The notes beneath the pieces were generated by a model. That model saw nothing but the letters and a program-made list of their open reading frames with translations. It searched no databases and was not told the origin of the DNA. From contig NC_091470.1 in assembly GCF_036971445.1 (NCBI RefSeq), forward strand, positions 96,534,001 through 96,598,000: 64,000 nucleotides of DNA, given 5' to 3'. The translations under genes and the position numbers were made by a program. Source of the DNA: Narcine bancroftii (lineage: Eukaryota). Within the stretch, counting starts at the first letter, position 1, and each line of letters starts with the position of its first letter. Of the stretch, positions 1 through 13,400 are shown in pieces.

Positions 1-639
1 TAATGTCCAGGTGTCTTTAACAGGAAACGTTTGACTCCAGACCTTATCACAGCCACTGACCAAAGATGTAACTAAGGACCAAATTCCAGAGGGGATGTGG
101 AAGTGACTGTCCTTGGCATCAGAGTGTGGCATGAAGGAACCCAACAATAAATCTATCCCAATAATAATCATGGGAAATGGTTGTAGTTGAAGGACATCCA
201 TCATTTAAGCCCTAGGTCATTACTGCACGTTCCTCAAGACAATATCCAAAACCATCAATGACAATTTAGTGTTGATGGTGCAGAGTACAATGACAGGATA
301 AACTGATAATTTCAAAGTAATGATTGCATCAGACAAGAGCGAGCCTCAGTCCATTGAATCAACACGCGAATATACAGAACAAATTGCAAGTCAGAAGGCT
401 GAATAGAATGATTACAAAATTAATAAAGAAGAAAGAAATAAATTGCATGCACTTGGAGGGAGAGAAAAATATAAAAATCACTTCTGCTCCTACTGGGTGT
501 GTTCCAGATTCCCCAACCCTCACCCTTCAAAATGGCCTCTGGTGCCCCTTCACCCAGCCCAACAGCTCCCTTCATCCACATCTCCTTCCACCCCATGAGT
601 GCTCCCCGCCTGACCCAACTTCCTGCCACACAGTTCCCT

Positions 640-1025
640 TTTACCTCTCAACCCCCTCCCCTCCTAGCCTCCCCTCTCCCCTATTAACCTCTGCCAACAC
701 ACACCACCCCACTGCACCTCCCCCTGCCCACCTGCTCTTCTTCCCATATGGGCTCCCCCAACCCCATGGCCTTCCTCTCCTCTACCCACCCTCCCTCCCC
801 CCTAAACCCTTCCACCTCCCTCCCCCTCTCCCTCCCTCCTCTCCCTCTCTCCCTCCCCCCTCCTCTCCCTCCCTCCCACCCCTCCCTACCCCCTCTCCCC
901 ACCCTCCTTCCCCCCTCTCCACCCCTACCTACCCTCCCTCCACCCCTCTTCCACCCTCCCCCTCCTACCCATCCTCCCTCACTATATCCCTCCACCCCCT
1001 CCCTCACTCCCTCCTCTCCACCCTT
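640..1025. repeat. C/T-rich low-complexity tract (G-rich on minus strand) in intron 1 of the minus-strand gene
   Basis: Nearly pure C/T runs (ccctccc...); explains the spurious Pro-rich ORF 324..1157. Confidence 0.85.
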
Positions 1026-1039
1026 TCTGTTTCCCCGAC

Positions 1040-1560
1040 GCGGTCCTGCTCCTGCTTCCGTCCGGTGACCTTCAGGCCGAGGCCTAACCCCCCTCCTCCC
1101 ATTCCCTTGAGCTGCCCCCGCCTCCGTACTTACCCCCGGAGGCGAAACCCCGGTTGAGGACGCGGCCTGCGGCCGAAGCGGAGCCGGGAGCTCGAGTTGC
1201 CACCAGGCCGAGGCCCCGCCTCCCTCCGAGCACGCCCAACACCGCTGCCGCCCGCGCCGCCGCCATCTTCCCCTTTCACTGCCGGCTCTTCCTTTCCCCC
1301 ACCCCCCCAACCCCATGCGCATGCGCGCGGGCGCCCCGAGAGAGGTGGGTGGGTCGAGCGCTCGGTTGCCTAGCGACCGGCGGCGACGGCCCGCGATGAC
1401 GGCGTGCGGCCGGTGAGTTCAAAGGAGCTTCCGGTGAGTTCAAAGGAGTTTCCGGCGAGGGCTCGGTGCAGCGCAGGCCATTCAGCCCGTCCTCTGGGGG
1501 GGCGTTGCCTGAGGGAGAGGTTCCAGCAGCCTGTCCCGCCCCTGATCGATGTCAGTCTTC
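1040..1560. promoter_or_regulatory. CpG island, probable bidirectional promoter
   Basis: High CpG density; YY1 CGCCATCTT 1261-1269; NRF1 TGCGCATGCGCG 1316-1327; RFX X-box-like GTTGCCTAGCGAC 1365-1377; ETS/GABP TTCCGG in a 21-bp tandem repeat 1410-1456. Confidence 0.8.
1134..1266 (-). CDS. COX5B: Coding exon 1 of a mitochondrial-targeted protein, probably cytochrome c oxidase subunit 5B; remainder of the gene lies left of the window
   Basis: AAGATGGCG start; MAAARAAAVLGVLGGRRGLGLVATRAPGSASAAGRVLNRGFASG is Arg/Ala-rich with no acidic residues (transit peptide); consensus donor G|GTAAGT at 1134/1133, phase 1. Human COX5B exon 1, from memory, ends RSMASG-G| in the same phase. The exon is well supported; the symbol is inference. 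Confidence 0.55.
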
Positions 1561-1629
1561 TCACCGTTGCCTTTGTCCTCTCATCACCCCCCCCCCCCTT
1601 CACCACCCCTCTGGTACTGTGTCATTAAT

Positions 1630-1850
1630 GGCACGTTTGGTGTAGAGCTTGACGCCACGGGGTTCGAATCCCGCGCTGTCTGTAAGGAGTTTGCACGCTC
1701 TCCCCGCGTCTGCGTCGGTTTCTCCCGGGGAGGGGGCTCCAGTTACCGCCCACCAAAACGTACTGGGGGGGGGTGTAGGTTAATGGGGTGTGAGGTGGGG
1801 CGGCGCGGGTTCGCGTTATCGTGCCAAACGTCGACGTTTAAAAATTTTTG
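1630..1850 (+). mobile_element. tRNA-derived V-SINE (HE1-like)
   Basis: B-box GGTTCGAATCC followed by core ctgtaaggagtttgcacgctctccccgcgtctgcgt; further copies elsewhere in the window. Confidence 0.75.
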
Positions 1851-2046
1851 ATCTATTGTCTGACTACGCACAACCCTGAGCGTCTTCCTTCTGCGGGCGC
1901 GGCAGAATCACCACTTATTGGCCGTGCAAAAAAGATAAACTGTACACAGCGTGAGCAAATAAATGTAAACAAACTGACTGTGCAATGCAGAGAGGGAAGG
2001 AAAACAATAAAGGGCCAATGCAGTGTTGGCGCCAGTTAGAGGGAGG

Positions 2047-3517
2047 TGTGACAGAGTATATAGAAATGTTTGGGAGATAAACGGGGAAAGGTTTGTTAGA
2101 GCAGGTCACACACAAACACTTTAAAACACAGAATTTTTCCAGGAGTATTTGCAAGGGGGCTCCCACTCATGATGGACTGTTATTTTCAAAAGGCAACAGA
2201 TCTAACAACAGGCAGTAGCAGCTTTGTCTGGAAAAAAAAACCTTCTGTCTGGAAGGTCACGTGATCTTTGCAGGCAGAGAGCAGAAAAAAAAACAGGCTT
2301 TGCTCTCAGAGAGGAGGGAGTAGGCAAAGCCTAGCAGCAAGAAGGCTGTTGACAGTCAGCTGGAGATCCGCTGACAGCCACCCTCCCTGCTGGCGACAGC
2401 TACCCTCCCCACTGCCGACACCTACCCTCCCCGCTGGTGACAGTCTCCTGGCACAGGACTATGGGGCTGGGGCGGCCGGCGCAGGACTTCGGGCCCCTGA
2501 CATCCCGTCCAGCCACAATTTGGTGTCAGTTTATAGAGAATGTGGAAGGCTTGTTAGTTGCAGTTAATCTTTCATATTGATTTTTGCATTCTGGAGAAAG
2601 TTCTACATGAGCATCTCTCAACCTTTGCGTCCTTAAACCTGATAAACGGAAACCCGCAGAAATTCTGTCATAAGTTATCATTGATAAAGAGCAAAGGATA
2701 CATCAATAGGGAACAATGTGCAGAGATATTATGCTAATGAAAACAAACCAACAATTGTTTTGTGGACGACAATTAAAGTATTTCTTTTCCATTATTTTCA
2801 GGGAGTGCTTCTACAAGATGCTCCATAAACAAGCCGTGACTATGGCCACAGTGCACAGGAGCCGCGTTCGCACGGACGTGGCTCTCCTTCAGCCGGCACG
2901 TTCAGGTGATAGAAAGGCGTCTTCTCCGCGGCCACATAAATGTCCCAGCTGCACTCCCCCAGCCGCATCTGCCAGCGCATTATCTGCGTCCAAGCATCTT
3001 AAAGTGGCTACTGAGAGAGAGAGAGGAGAGAGACACAGACATCGGTTCCAGAGGGACAAGGTGGCAAGCTTTGGAAGTGGGCCTGGTCAAAGGAGAGGAC
3101 TCTCTGTCCGGTGTTTCCCTTGGAATAGGAGAAACAGAAAGAAACTCTGTGGTGACCTGAAACAAGAAAAACTCTTTCTGAAAACCAACAAGAACCCTTC
3201 TGAGTGGTAACCATTTACCTGTTAAGCACCAAAGCATGGTGAATTTTATTAATGTTAACTTCTGTGCACAGTACAAGAATTGCCTACAAACAGTGAGAAT
3301 GGACTGTGAACCAAAGAACTTTGATGAACTTACACTCACATTACACACACGTGCGCTTAGCATTAGAAGGATTAAGTAGGTTAAATAAGTCAAAGGAGAT
3401 AAGTTAAAGTTTGATTCTATTTTCATGTTCAAAGATAATTAAAAGCAACTTTTGTTTAAGTAACCCTTTGTCATGGTGCATATCTATTGCTGCTGTGTTT
3501 TGGGGTCCTCTGGACTC
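2047..3517 (+). mobile_element. Fragmented LTR of the 1-kb family (5' part about 2047-2320, 3' part about 3010-3517)
   Basis: Starts TGTGACA; both parts resemble the complete solo LTR at 6302-7329. Confidence 0.65.
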
Positions 3518-4074
3518 TTCCCATGTCTGTGTGGGTTTCTCCTAAAGGGGCTCCAGTTATTGCCCACCCTGTAGGTTAATGGGATGTAAGTTGGGCGGAG
3601 CGGGCTCGTAGGGGCCTGTTACCATGCTGAACGTCTAAATTTTAAAATTTCAGATTTATTGTCCGACTACACACAAACCTGAGATTCTTCTTCCTGTGGG
3701 TGTGGCAGAATGACCACTTATTGGTCATGCAAAAAGATAAACTGTACACAGTTTATAAATGAATAAATTTAAACAAACTGACTGTGCAATACAGAGAGGG
3801 AAAGAAAACAATAAAGGGCCAATGCAGTGTCGACGCCAGTTAGAGGGGGGTCATTAGCATGTTGGGGGATGGGGACACAAGGCAACGCTCATAAACTCAC
3901 TCAGTGGGAGGTGGGGTGTGGAATGCTGTTAACATCATCCGCCCCTCCGATGTAGGTGACGAGAGCATTAGTTTTATGGCGTCAAGCATCATTATTGACA
4001 TGGTCATGATTGTATTGGGGGGGTTCAGCTCCTCACTCCACCAAGGCGCTGACCCTGTGCCAAAGCAAGAGTCT

Positions 4075-5450
4075 TTAAATGAGTGCCTGATTGAGTTTGT
4101 GTTGAGGAGTCTGATGGTGGAGGGGTAGCACCTGTTACTGAACCTGGTGGTCCAAGACTTGTGGCACCTACACCTCTTTCCTGATGGCAGCAGTGAGAGC
4201 AGAGTGTGTGCTGAGTGGTGGGGGTCCTTGATGATTGCTGCTGCTCTCTGATGGCCGCGTTCCCTATAGATGTTCTCGATGGTGGGGATGGTTTTGCCTG
4301 TGATGTCCTAGGCCGCGTCAACTACCTTTTGCAGGGATTTACGCTCAGGAGTATTGGTGTCCCCATACCAGACCGTGGTCAGCTGGTCAGCATAAATTTC
4401 TGTCGGAAGTTGCCAGGGTCTCCAATGTCATACCACACTGCTGCAAAATTAGAATCAGGATTTATTGTCATGAACAAGTCATGAAATTCTATGTTTTGTG
4501 GCAGCGTCACAGTGCAGGCATTCATATTATAACCATCTTACACCATTACTATATTAAAAAATTTAAATAACAGTGCACGAAAAGTAAGGCAGTGTCTTTG
4601 GCTCATTGATTATTCAGGAATCAGATGACAGCAGAGAAGAAGCTGTCCTTGTGCCATTGATTGTTGCCGTTTAGGCTCCTGTATCTTTTCCCCGATGGTA
4701 GCAGAGTGAAGAGAGCCTGGCCTGGATGGTGGGGTCTTTGAGGATAGAGGCTGCTTTTTTAAGACACCGCTCCATGTCGATGTCCTCGATGGAGTGAAGT
4801 CTGGTTCCTGTGATGTTGCCGGCCGAGTTAACAACCCTCTGGAGTTTATTCTTGTCCTGAGTGTTGGCGCCTCCATCCAGTGATGCACCCAGCCAGAATG
4901 CTTTCCACGGTCCACCTGTAGAAGTTTACGAGAGTGTCCAGTGACATACAGAATCTCCTCACAAAGCTGACGAGCCTTCTTTGTGATTGGATCAACATGG
5001 AGGCTCCAGAACAGAACCTCAAAGATGTCAATACCAAGGAATTTAAAATTCTTGAGCCTTAGATGAGGACTGGGTCACATTCCTCTGACTTCCTCCTGAA
5101 GTCACCAATCAGCTGCATGGTTTTGGTGAGATTGAGTATTGTTGATGATGTACCATTCAGCCAAGTTTTCAATCTCCCTCCTGTACGCTGACTCATTGCA
5201 ACTTTTTATACAACCCACTACCATGGTCTCATCAATAAATTTGTAGATGGTGTTACTGTCGTACCAAGCCACGCAGTCATAGGTGTAGGGTGAGTAGAGT
5301 AGGAGGCTGAGAATTAAGCCCTCTGGTGCTCCAGTACTGATGGAGATTGTGGAGGAGATGTGCCTACCAATCCTCACCGATTGTGGTCTGGAAATGAGGA
5401 AACCTAGGTTCCAATTACACAGTGGGGTGTTGAGTCCCAGGTCTTGGAGA
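4075..5450 (-). mobile_element. Two Rex1/Babar-like LINE 3' fragments
   Basis: Translations [40 protein letters not shown] and FYR..VESILAGCIT. Confidence 0.75.
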
Positions 5451-5679
5451 TTTGGCCCAAACTTCAGGGTCACCCCTCAACCCTTACTCCAGGGAGAGGT
5501 CCCAGTCTCTCCCATGTCCCCCACCACCCTTTCCAGCATCATGGCCTCTTTCCTATGTCTGGGCAAACAGAATTGCACACAATACTTCCAATGTTGTTAT
5601 CTTTGGGAAGGGCTCAGGCCCAAATGATACATAATGATATGATATATAATGATATTTCATATCATTAACTCCTATGGAT

Positions 5680-6260
5680 GCTCGAATCACTGGGCGTCAA
5701 CATCTCTGAATATCTCTCCTGGGGCCATCATGTCGATACAATCATGAAGAAGGCTCGCCAGAAGGTAGGAGATTTTGAATTCGCGAAAGCCTTGCTAATT
5801 TCTACAGGTATACTATGGAGAGCATTCTGACTGCTTGTATCACTGGTATGGAGGAGCCAGTGCACAGGACAGTTGTGAACTCAGCCAGTGACATCAAGGG
5901 CATCAGTCTTCACTCCATCTATAATAGTTGGTGTCTCAAGAAAGCAGCTTCTATCCTCAAGCACCCTCAGCACCCAGGCCATGCCCTATTCCCACTGGTC
6001 CTATCAAGAAGGAGGTCCAGGAGCCTGAAGGTGAACACCCAACAGTACAAAAACAGCTTCATTCCCTCCGCCATCAGATTTCTGAATGGACAATTAACTA
6101 TAGAAACTACCTCACTTTCTCTCCTTTTACATTAATATATATATATTTGAAAGTAGGGTATTTATACAAATGTAATTTATAGCAATTTTGCACAATCCCT
6201 GCTGCCACAAAACAAAATATTTTGTGACATGTTCATAAAAATAAACCTGATTCTGATTTT
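5680..6260 (+). mobile_element. Rex1/Babar-like LINE 3' end
   Basis: ESILTACIT...HPGHALF...NSFIPSAIRFLN; tail aataaacctgattctgatt. Confidence 0.75.
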
Positions 6261-6301
6261 TAGACCTACTGAGTTCCTCCAGAATTTCTATGTTTTTACT
6301 A

Positions 6302-7329
6302 TGTGATGGAATATATGGGAATGTTTTTGGAAGATAAATTGGTAAAATTAGAGTAGGTTACATACCAACACAAACTTTAAAACAGATCTTATTTGAAATA
6401 CTGAAGAAGTCATATTCAGTGACTTTACAGAAACTATGGAGAATGCTATGTACATTTCACAAGGAGGTGCTAATTGAAATGACATCATGAATTAATGGAG
6501 TGTTGTCTTTAAAGCAACAAGCAGGAGACACTCTGACTATTGATAGCTCTTTGCAAGAGTTTTGACAGAGTGCACAGAAAGGTCACTCCTGGGTTCTTGT
6601 TTACCTAAAAACAACAGATTGACCAAGAAGACTAACTCCTATTGGAGAAGGAGAGGGATTTGCAAGTGCAAGAGAGAGAGAGAGAGGGGGGTGGGGGGGA
6701 CATGTGGCTGGGAGTTGGAATCTCAGATGGAGAGAGAGACACACAGCTGAAACAATCAGGAGAAGCTTGTTGGAACTGAAACAGAAGCTGGAAGTGCTAT
6801 CTGTCTAATGTTTCTCTTGGAATAAGGGGAACAGAAAGGAACTCTGTGTAGCCTGAAAGAAAGAGGTTATCATCTGGAGAACCCTGATGGGTTCTATCAG
6901 TAAGATATTGAGGTGATTAATGGTGGTACCTTAGTTGTGGAAATCCTGGAACAACACATCTCTCTCTCTCTGCAAACCTACAAGAACCTTCCTAAGTGGT
7001 AAATATTTACCTTTTGAGCACCAAAGCCTGGTGAACTTTATACATGTTAAATTCTGTGCACAATATAAGAATTACCTGCAACTTGGAAGAATGAGAAGTG
7101 AGATAGAACTGTAAACCAAATAACTTTTCTTAAATTTACACACACATTACATACATGTGCACTTAGAATTAGAAGGGGGTTAAGAGGTAGTTAAGTTAAT
7201 AGTGATAATTTAAAGTTTGAATCTGTTTTCATGCTTAAAGATAATTAAAAACAACTTTTGTTTAAGTAACCATTTGTCGTGGTGAATATCTATTGCTGCT
7301 GGGTTTTGGGGTCTTTTGGGCTTGTAACA
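6302..7329 (+). mobile_element. Solo LTR, 1028 bp
   Basis: TG...CA ends (TGTGA...TAACA) flanked by 4-bp TSD ACTA at 6298-6301 and 7330-7333. Confidence 0.8.
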
Positions 7330-10300
7330 ACTATCTCAGCAACACTATCTCAGCCCCTGAACTCAGTGCAAGTGTGCCCAACCGTGTCTACCTGTGATGC
7401 CACTTTCAGGGAATTAAATAATGTACCTTTGGTGCCAGGTCTCTCTGTTCCCCAACACTGTTCACTGCATCACCTCACACTTATTTGAGTTAAATTCCAT
7501 TTGCCATTCCTTGACCTACTTCCCCAATTAGAACATAAGCAGGAGTCGGCCATCCGGCCCGTCGAGCCTGCTCTCCTATTCAATGAGATCATGGCTGATC
7601 TAATGGTCGACTCATCTCGACCGACCTGCCTTTTCCCCATATCCCTTAATTCCCCAACTATTCACAAATCTGTCCAACCTTGTCTTAAATAATATTTACT
7701 GAGGTAGCCTCCAGTGCCTCAAATTCCTGAATTTCACAGTTGATCAAGATCCATTTGAGGGGGGGGGGGGGGGGGGGCGTGGCAAGATAGCATAGAGATT
7801 AGACGTGTAATCCCTGCCCTCTCTGGTCAGAATTTTAACCCTTTATTTTTAATTTTAAAACTTAAATTTTTTGTTTGATATTTTGGTGAGCCATTATAGC
7901 TGCTAATGTAAAAAAAAAACGAAGTCTCAGTTACAAAAGAAAATACAGTTTTGAAGTGCAGAAGAATTGGGGCCTAAATAACTTGGAACAGCCTCGGATC
8001 TGGTTTTCAGCAATCCCCAAGCTTCAACGATCGCCGGTGGGGACAAAAGCAAAGGTAACAGTTACTTACCAGTCTCAAGATGGCGCTGGTTCGACCCGTT
8101 CTGCGGAAGAAGGAGCACGCACCCGAGATGTCGAGCACGAGCCTGGAGGCTTGCTACAAAGAACTCTCCCATTGGAAGAAGATTCTGACGGTAGACACAC
8201 AGTCTGCAGCGACTATGTGCTTGGGTGGCGCTGTTAATTAATTTCATTAAAAAATGGTCTGCGGGGGGACAGCAGCGATGACCCCCTGAGGAAGTCGGGG
8301 GGTCGTCATTGGGTGTCCAAACTTGCAGCAAAATGACTAGAATGCTACCTTTTGAAGAGCAACAAGAAGACTTAATTTACTCTACTGCTGTACAGGAGGA
8401 AATGGAAAAAGAGCTGGAAGAAAGTGAGTTACAAATTATGAAACTGGATCCTGTAATTCAAACTGCACTCCAGCCTATTGACATGATGTTTGAAGGTATT
8501 GCTTTCTATTTGGATGTTATTACTGGTCAAACCAGGTGGTTCAAATGAATACTGATATAATTTCAGACTTAAATGTGGTTAAGGCAGAAGTTAAAGAAAA
8601 CTGGGAAAACTTCAAAAAATTTGAAGCTTCTTTTTCTGAATGTAAACAACAGGAACAACCCGATACAGAAACAATAGCAAAGGTGGAAAATTCAGTTAAA
8701 GATTTAGGAGCCCGGTAAAAAGAGTTAATTAAAAAAATGGACTATTTGGAAAATCAAAGCAGAAGAAATAATGTGAAAATTGTGGGTTTGCCAGAAGGTA
8801 TAGAAGGTCAAGATCCCATCAATTTTTTAAAAAATTGGATTGCCCAGATATTGGAGGAAGAGTCCTTTCCTAACGGACTGGTATTGGAAAGAGCACATAG
8901 AGCTTTAATAAGACCAACTTTATCTGGTCAGACGCCAAGAGCTGTGATAGTTCGTTGTTTGAATTGTTTGGATAGAGAGAGAATTCTTCGACTTGCAATT
9001 CAAAATGCAAGACAAAGGCAAGCTCCAATGAATGTTCAGAATAGAGTTTTCTTCTACCCTGATTTGAGTCAAGATATCATCAGACACCGACATGAATTTA
9101 ATCCAGTTAAAGATGTTTTATGGCATAAAGGTTACAAATTTGCTTTTCGTTATCCTGCTGTGTTGAAAGTGTTTTATGGAAATTATCAGTTTCAATTCTT
9201 TGAGAGTGAGCATGCGGCAATGGTTTTTGCTAATTCATTACCGAATGTCAGAGGACAAAGAAAGAGTCCACCATTATGTTCTAAAAGAAAATTTGACAGA
9301 CTTGGAAATGGACAAAATGGCAGAAAAGGAAAGAGTTCATCTACTCTTGAAATGAGTTCACTATCAGGACCGGAATCTCAAGGCTGTTTTTTTTTTGTAA
9401 TATTTTAATATTTCTGACTGGCTGGCTGGGGAGGAGGGGATTGCACTAACTTCTTTGTTAGTCATCAGCCACTAGTGGGTAACCCACAACTAGTTTTTTT
9501 AGGGACTTACTACCTTTTGGTAGTTTTTTTTTTTGTTTTTTTTCTCTCTTATTAACGAATATTATTTTTATTTGGAGGGCCTATATATTTTAATTTGAGG
9601 GTTTTATATATATTTTTAAAAATCTTTTTTTTCTTTGTTATTATTAATTTTGTGACTATTTTTGGTATCTAGCAATTGTATTAGATATGTCGAATTTGAA
9701 ATTTGCTACCTTTAATGTTTAGGGATTAAATAATCCGATCAAGCATAAGCGAGTTTTGGCTTACATTAAAAAGATGAAGATTGATATTGTTTTTTTACAG
9801 AAGACACATTTGAATGAAAAAGAAAGTATGAAATTGAAGAGGGATTGGGTTGGACATGTTTTTTCTTCTTCATTTAATTCCAAAGCTAAGGGAGTAGCAA
9901 TTTTGATACATAAAAATTTATCTTTTGAATTACAATCAATGGAAATGAATGCAGGACGTATTCTTAAGTTGAATTGTAAGATCTTTAATGAATTTTGGAC
10001 TTTACTTAATATTTATGCACCGAATGTGGATGATGAAGTATTTATTTCGGATGGATTTCTGCTTCTGGGACAAGCTAATGAAAATGTTCTGGTTGGAGGA
10101 GATTTTAACTGTGTTTTGGAACCTTTATTAGATAAATATCCAAAAAATGTTAAACTTGGGGGACTGTTTTAAAAAGGATCAATTTTTATCATTTAATCAA
10201 ATGAGGGAAGATTTTGGAATTTTTTAAAAATTTTTTTATTTTTCACACTATAAACCACATTGATCAAGATACATACATTTTTTTTCAAATATATACAGTG

Positions 10301-10480
10301 TCGTTTTCTCCCCCCCCCTCCGTCCCTCTTCCCATCCCACCCTCCCTACCTCCCCTCCCATTCATTTAAAGTACAGAATCTAAGATACATTAAACCCGTC
10401 AAACAATGTTGTCACTCAATAAAAATAAACAAGAAATTCCACTGAGTCAATTCTTTTCATTTCCTTCTCCTTCTGTCATT

Positions 10481-13400
10481 TTAGGTGGTAGATGTCCTCG
10501 GTAGGTTTTCTCTATTGTGTTTCATGTATGGCTCCCATATTTGTTCAAATATTGTAATATTATTTCTTAAATTATATGTTATTTTTTCTAATGGAATACA
10601 TTTATTCATTTCTATATACCATTGTTGTATTCTCAAGTTATCTTCTAATTTCCAGGCTGAAATAATACATTTTTTTGCTACAGCTAGGGCTATCCTAACA
10701 AACCTTTTTTGTGCATCATCCAAATCAAGTCCAAATTCTTTGTTTTTTATGTTACTTAGGAGGAAGATCTCTGGGTTTTTTGGTATATTGCTTTCTGTGA
10801 TTTTATTTAATATCTGGTTTAGATCTTCCCAAAATTTTTCCACTTTCTCACATGTCCAGAATGCATGTGAGTTCCCATTTCCTTTTTACAGCGAAAACAT
10901 CTGTCAGATACTGTTGGGTCCCATTTATTTAACTTTTGAGGTGTAATGTATAGCCTGTCTATCCAGTTATATTGCATCATACGTAACCTCGTGTTTATTG
11001 TATTTCTCATAGTTCCAGAGCATAACTTCTCCCATGTTTCCTTCTTTATCTTTATCTTTTATGTTTAAATCTTGTTCCCATTTTTGTTTAGTTTTACCAT
11101 TTGTTTCCTCATTCTCCTTTTCTTGCAGTTTAATATACATATTTGTTATAAATTTTTTGATTATCATTGTGTCTGTAATCACATGTTCAAAATTACTTCC
11201 CTCTGGTAACCTCAGACTGCTTCCCAATTTGTCCTTCAAGTAGGATTTCAGATGGTAGTATGCCAACACTGTATCGTGAGTTATATTATATTTATCCTTC
11301 ATTTGTTCAAAGGATAATAATTTATTTCCTGAAAAGCAATTTTCTATTCTTTTGATCCCTTTTTTCTTCCATTCTCTAAAGGAAAGGTTATCAATTGTAA
11401 AAGGGATTAGCTGATTTTGCGTCAGTATTAGTTTTGGTAATTGGTAATTTGTTTTATTCCTTTCTACATGAATCTTCTTCCAAATATTGAGCAGATGATG
11501 TAATACTGGAGAATTCCTACGTTGTACCAATTTTTCATCCCATTTATATAATATATGTTCAGGTATCTTCTCCCCTATTTTATCTAGTTCTAATCTAGTC
11601 CAATCTGGCTTTTCCCTTGTTTGATAAAAATCTGATAGGTATCTTAATTGTGCGGCTCTATAATAATTTTTAAAGTTTGGCAGTTGTAAGCCTCCTTGTT
11701 TATACCATTCTGTTAACTTATCTAGTGCTATCCTCAGTTTCCCCCCTTACCATAAAAAGTTCCTTATTATTTTCTTTAACTCCTTGAAGAATTTCTCCGT
11801 CAAGTGTATTGGCAGTGCCTGAAATAGGTATTGTATCCTTGGGAAAATGTTCATTTTAATACAGTTTATCCTTCCTATTAGTGTTAGTGGTAAATCTTTC
11901 CAATGCTCTAAGTCGTCTTGTAATTTTTTCATTAGTGGATAATAATTGAGTTTAGATGGCCGAGGTTTTTATTTATTTGTATACCTAGGTTTCGTATTGC
12001 TTGCATTTGCCATCTGAATGGTGATTCTTTCTTAAATTTTGAGAAATCCGCATTATTCATTGGCATTGCTTCACTTTTATTTGCGTTAATCTTGTATCCC
12101 GACACTTCTCCATATTCCTTCAATTTCTTATGTAATTCTTTTATTGATATTTCTGGTTCTGTTAAGTATACTATAACGTTATCTGCAAATAAACTGATTT
12201 TATATTCCTTGTCTTTTATTTTTATCCCTTTTATTTTATTTTCTGTTCTTATTATTTCTGCTAGTGGTTTTATAGCTAATGCGAACAATAAGGGTGATAG
12301 TGGGCATCCCTGCCTTGTTGATCTGCTTAAGTTAAATTGCTTTGATATATATCCATTTACTGTCACTTTCTCCAATGGCCCCTTATATAATGTTTTAATC
12401 CAATTAATATATTTCTCTGGTAAACTGAATTTTTGTAATATTTGGAATAAATAATTCCATTCTACTCTGTCAAAGGCCTTCTCTGCGTCTAAAGCAACTG
12501 CTACTGTTGGAGCTTTATTTCCTTCTACTGCATGAATTAAGTTAATAAATTTACAAATATTGTCTGTTGTTCGTCTTTTTTTAATAAATCCAGTTTGGTC
12601 TAGATTTACTATTTTTGGTACATAGTCGGCTAATCTGTTTGCTAATAGATTAGCTATTATCTTATAATCTGTGTTAAGTAAAGATATTGGTCTATATGAC
12701 GCTGGTGCGAGTGGATCTTTCCCTGTCTTTGGTATTACTGTAATTATTGCTGTTTTGCATGAATCTGGTAAGCTTTGTGTTTTATCAATCTGGTTGATTA
12801 CTTCCAGGAGGGGAGGAATTAATAAATCTTTAAATGTTTTATAGAATTCCATTGGGAATCCATCCTCTCCTGGTGTTTTATTATTTGGTAGTTTTTTTAT
12901 TATCTCTTGTATTTCTACTATTTCAAATGGTTCTGTTAATTTATTTTGTTCCTCTATTTGTAATTTTGGTAGTTCAATTTTAGTTAAAAATTCATCTATT
13001 TTGTCTTCTTTCCCTTCGTTTTCAGTTTGGTATAATTGTTCGTAGAATTCTCTGAAGTTTTCATTAATCTCCGTTGGATTATATGTGATTTGTTTGTCTT
13101 TTTTCCTTGATGCCAATACCATTCTCTTAGGTTGTTCTGTCTTAAGCTGCCACGCTAGAATTTTGTGCGTTTTTTCTCCTAGTTCATAATATTTCTGTTT
13201 TGTCTTCATTATATTCTTCTCCACCTTATATGTTTGTAGTGTTTCATATTTTATTTTTTTATCTGCCAATTCTCTTCTTTTAGTTGTGTCTTCCTTCATT
13301 GCTAATTCTTTTTCTATATTTACTATTTCCCTCTCCAACTGCTCTGTTTCCTGATTGTAGTCCTTCTTCATCTTGGTTACATAACTTATTATTTGCCCTC

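Noticed and set aside
324-1157. 277-aa Pro-rich ORF and overlapping Gly/Arg-rich ORFs
   Set aside because: Artefacts of a C/T low-complexity tract that lacks stop codons; non-ATG start
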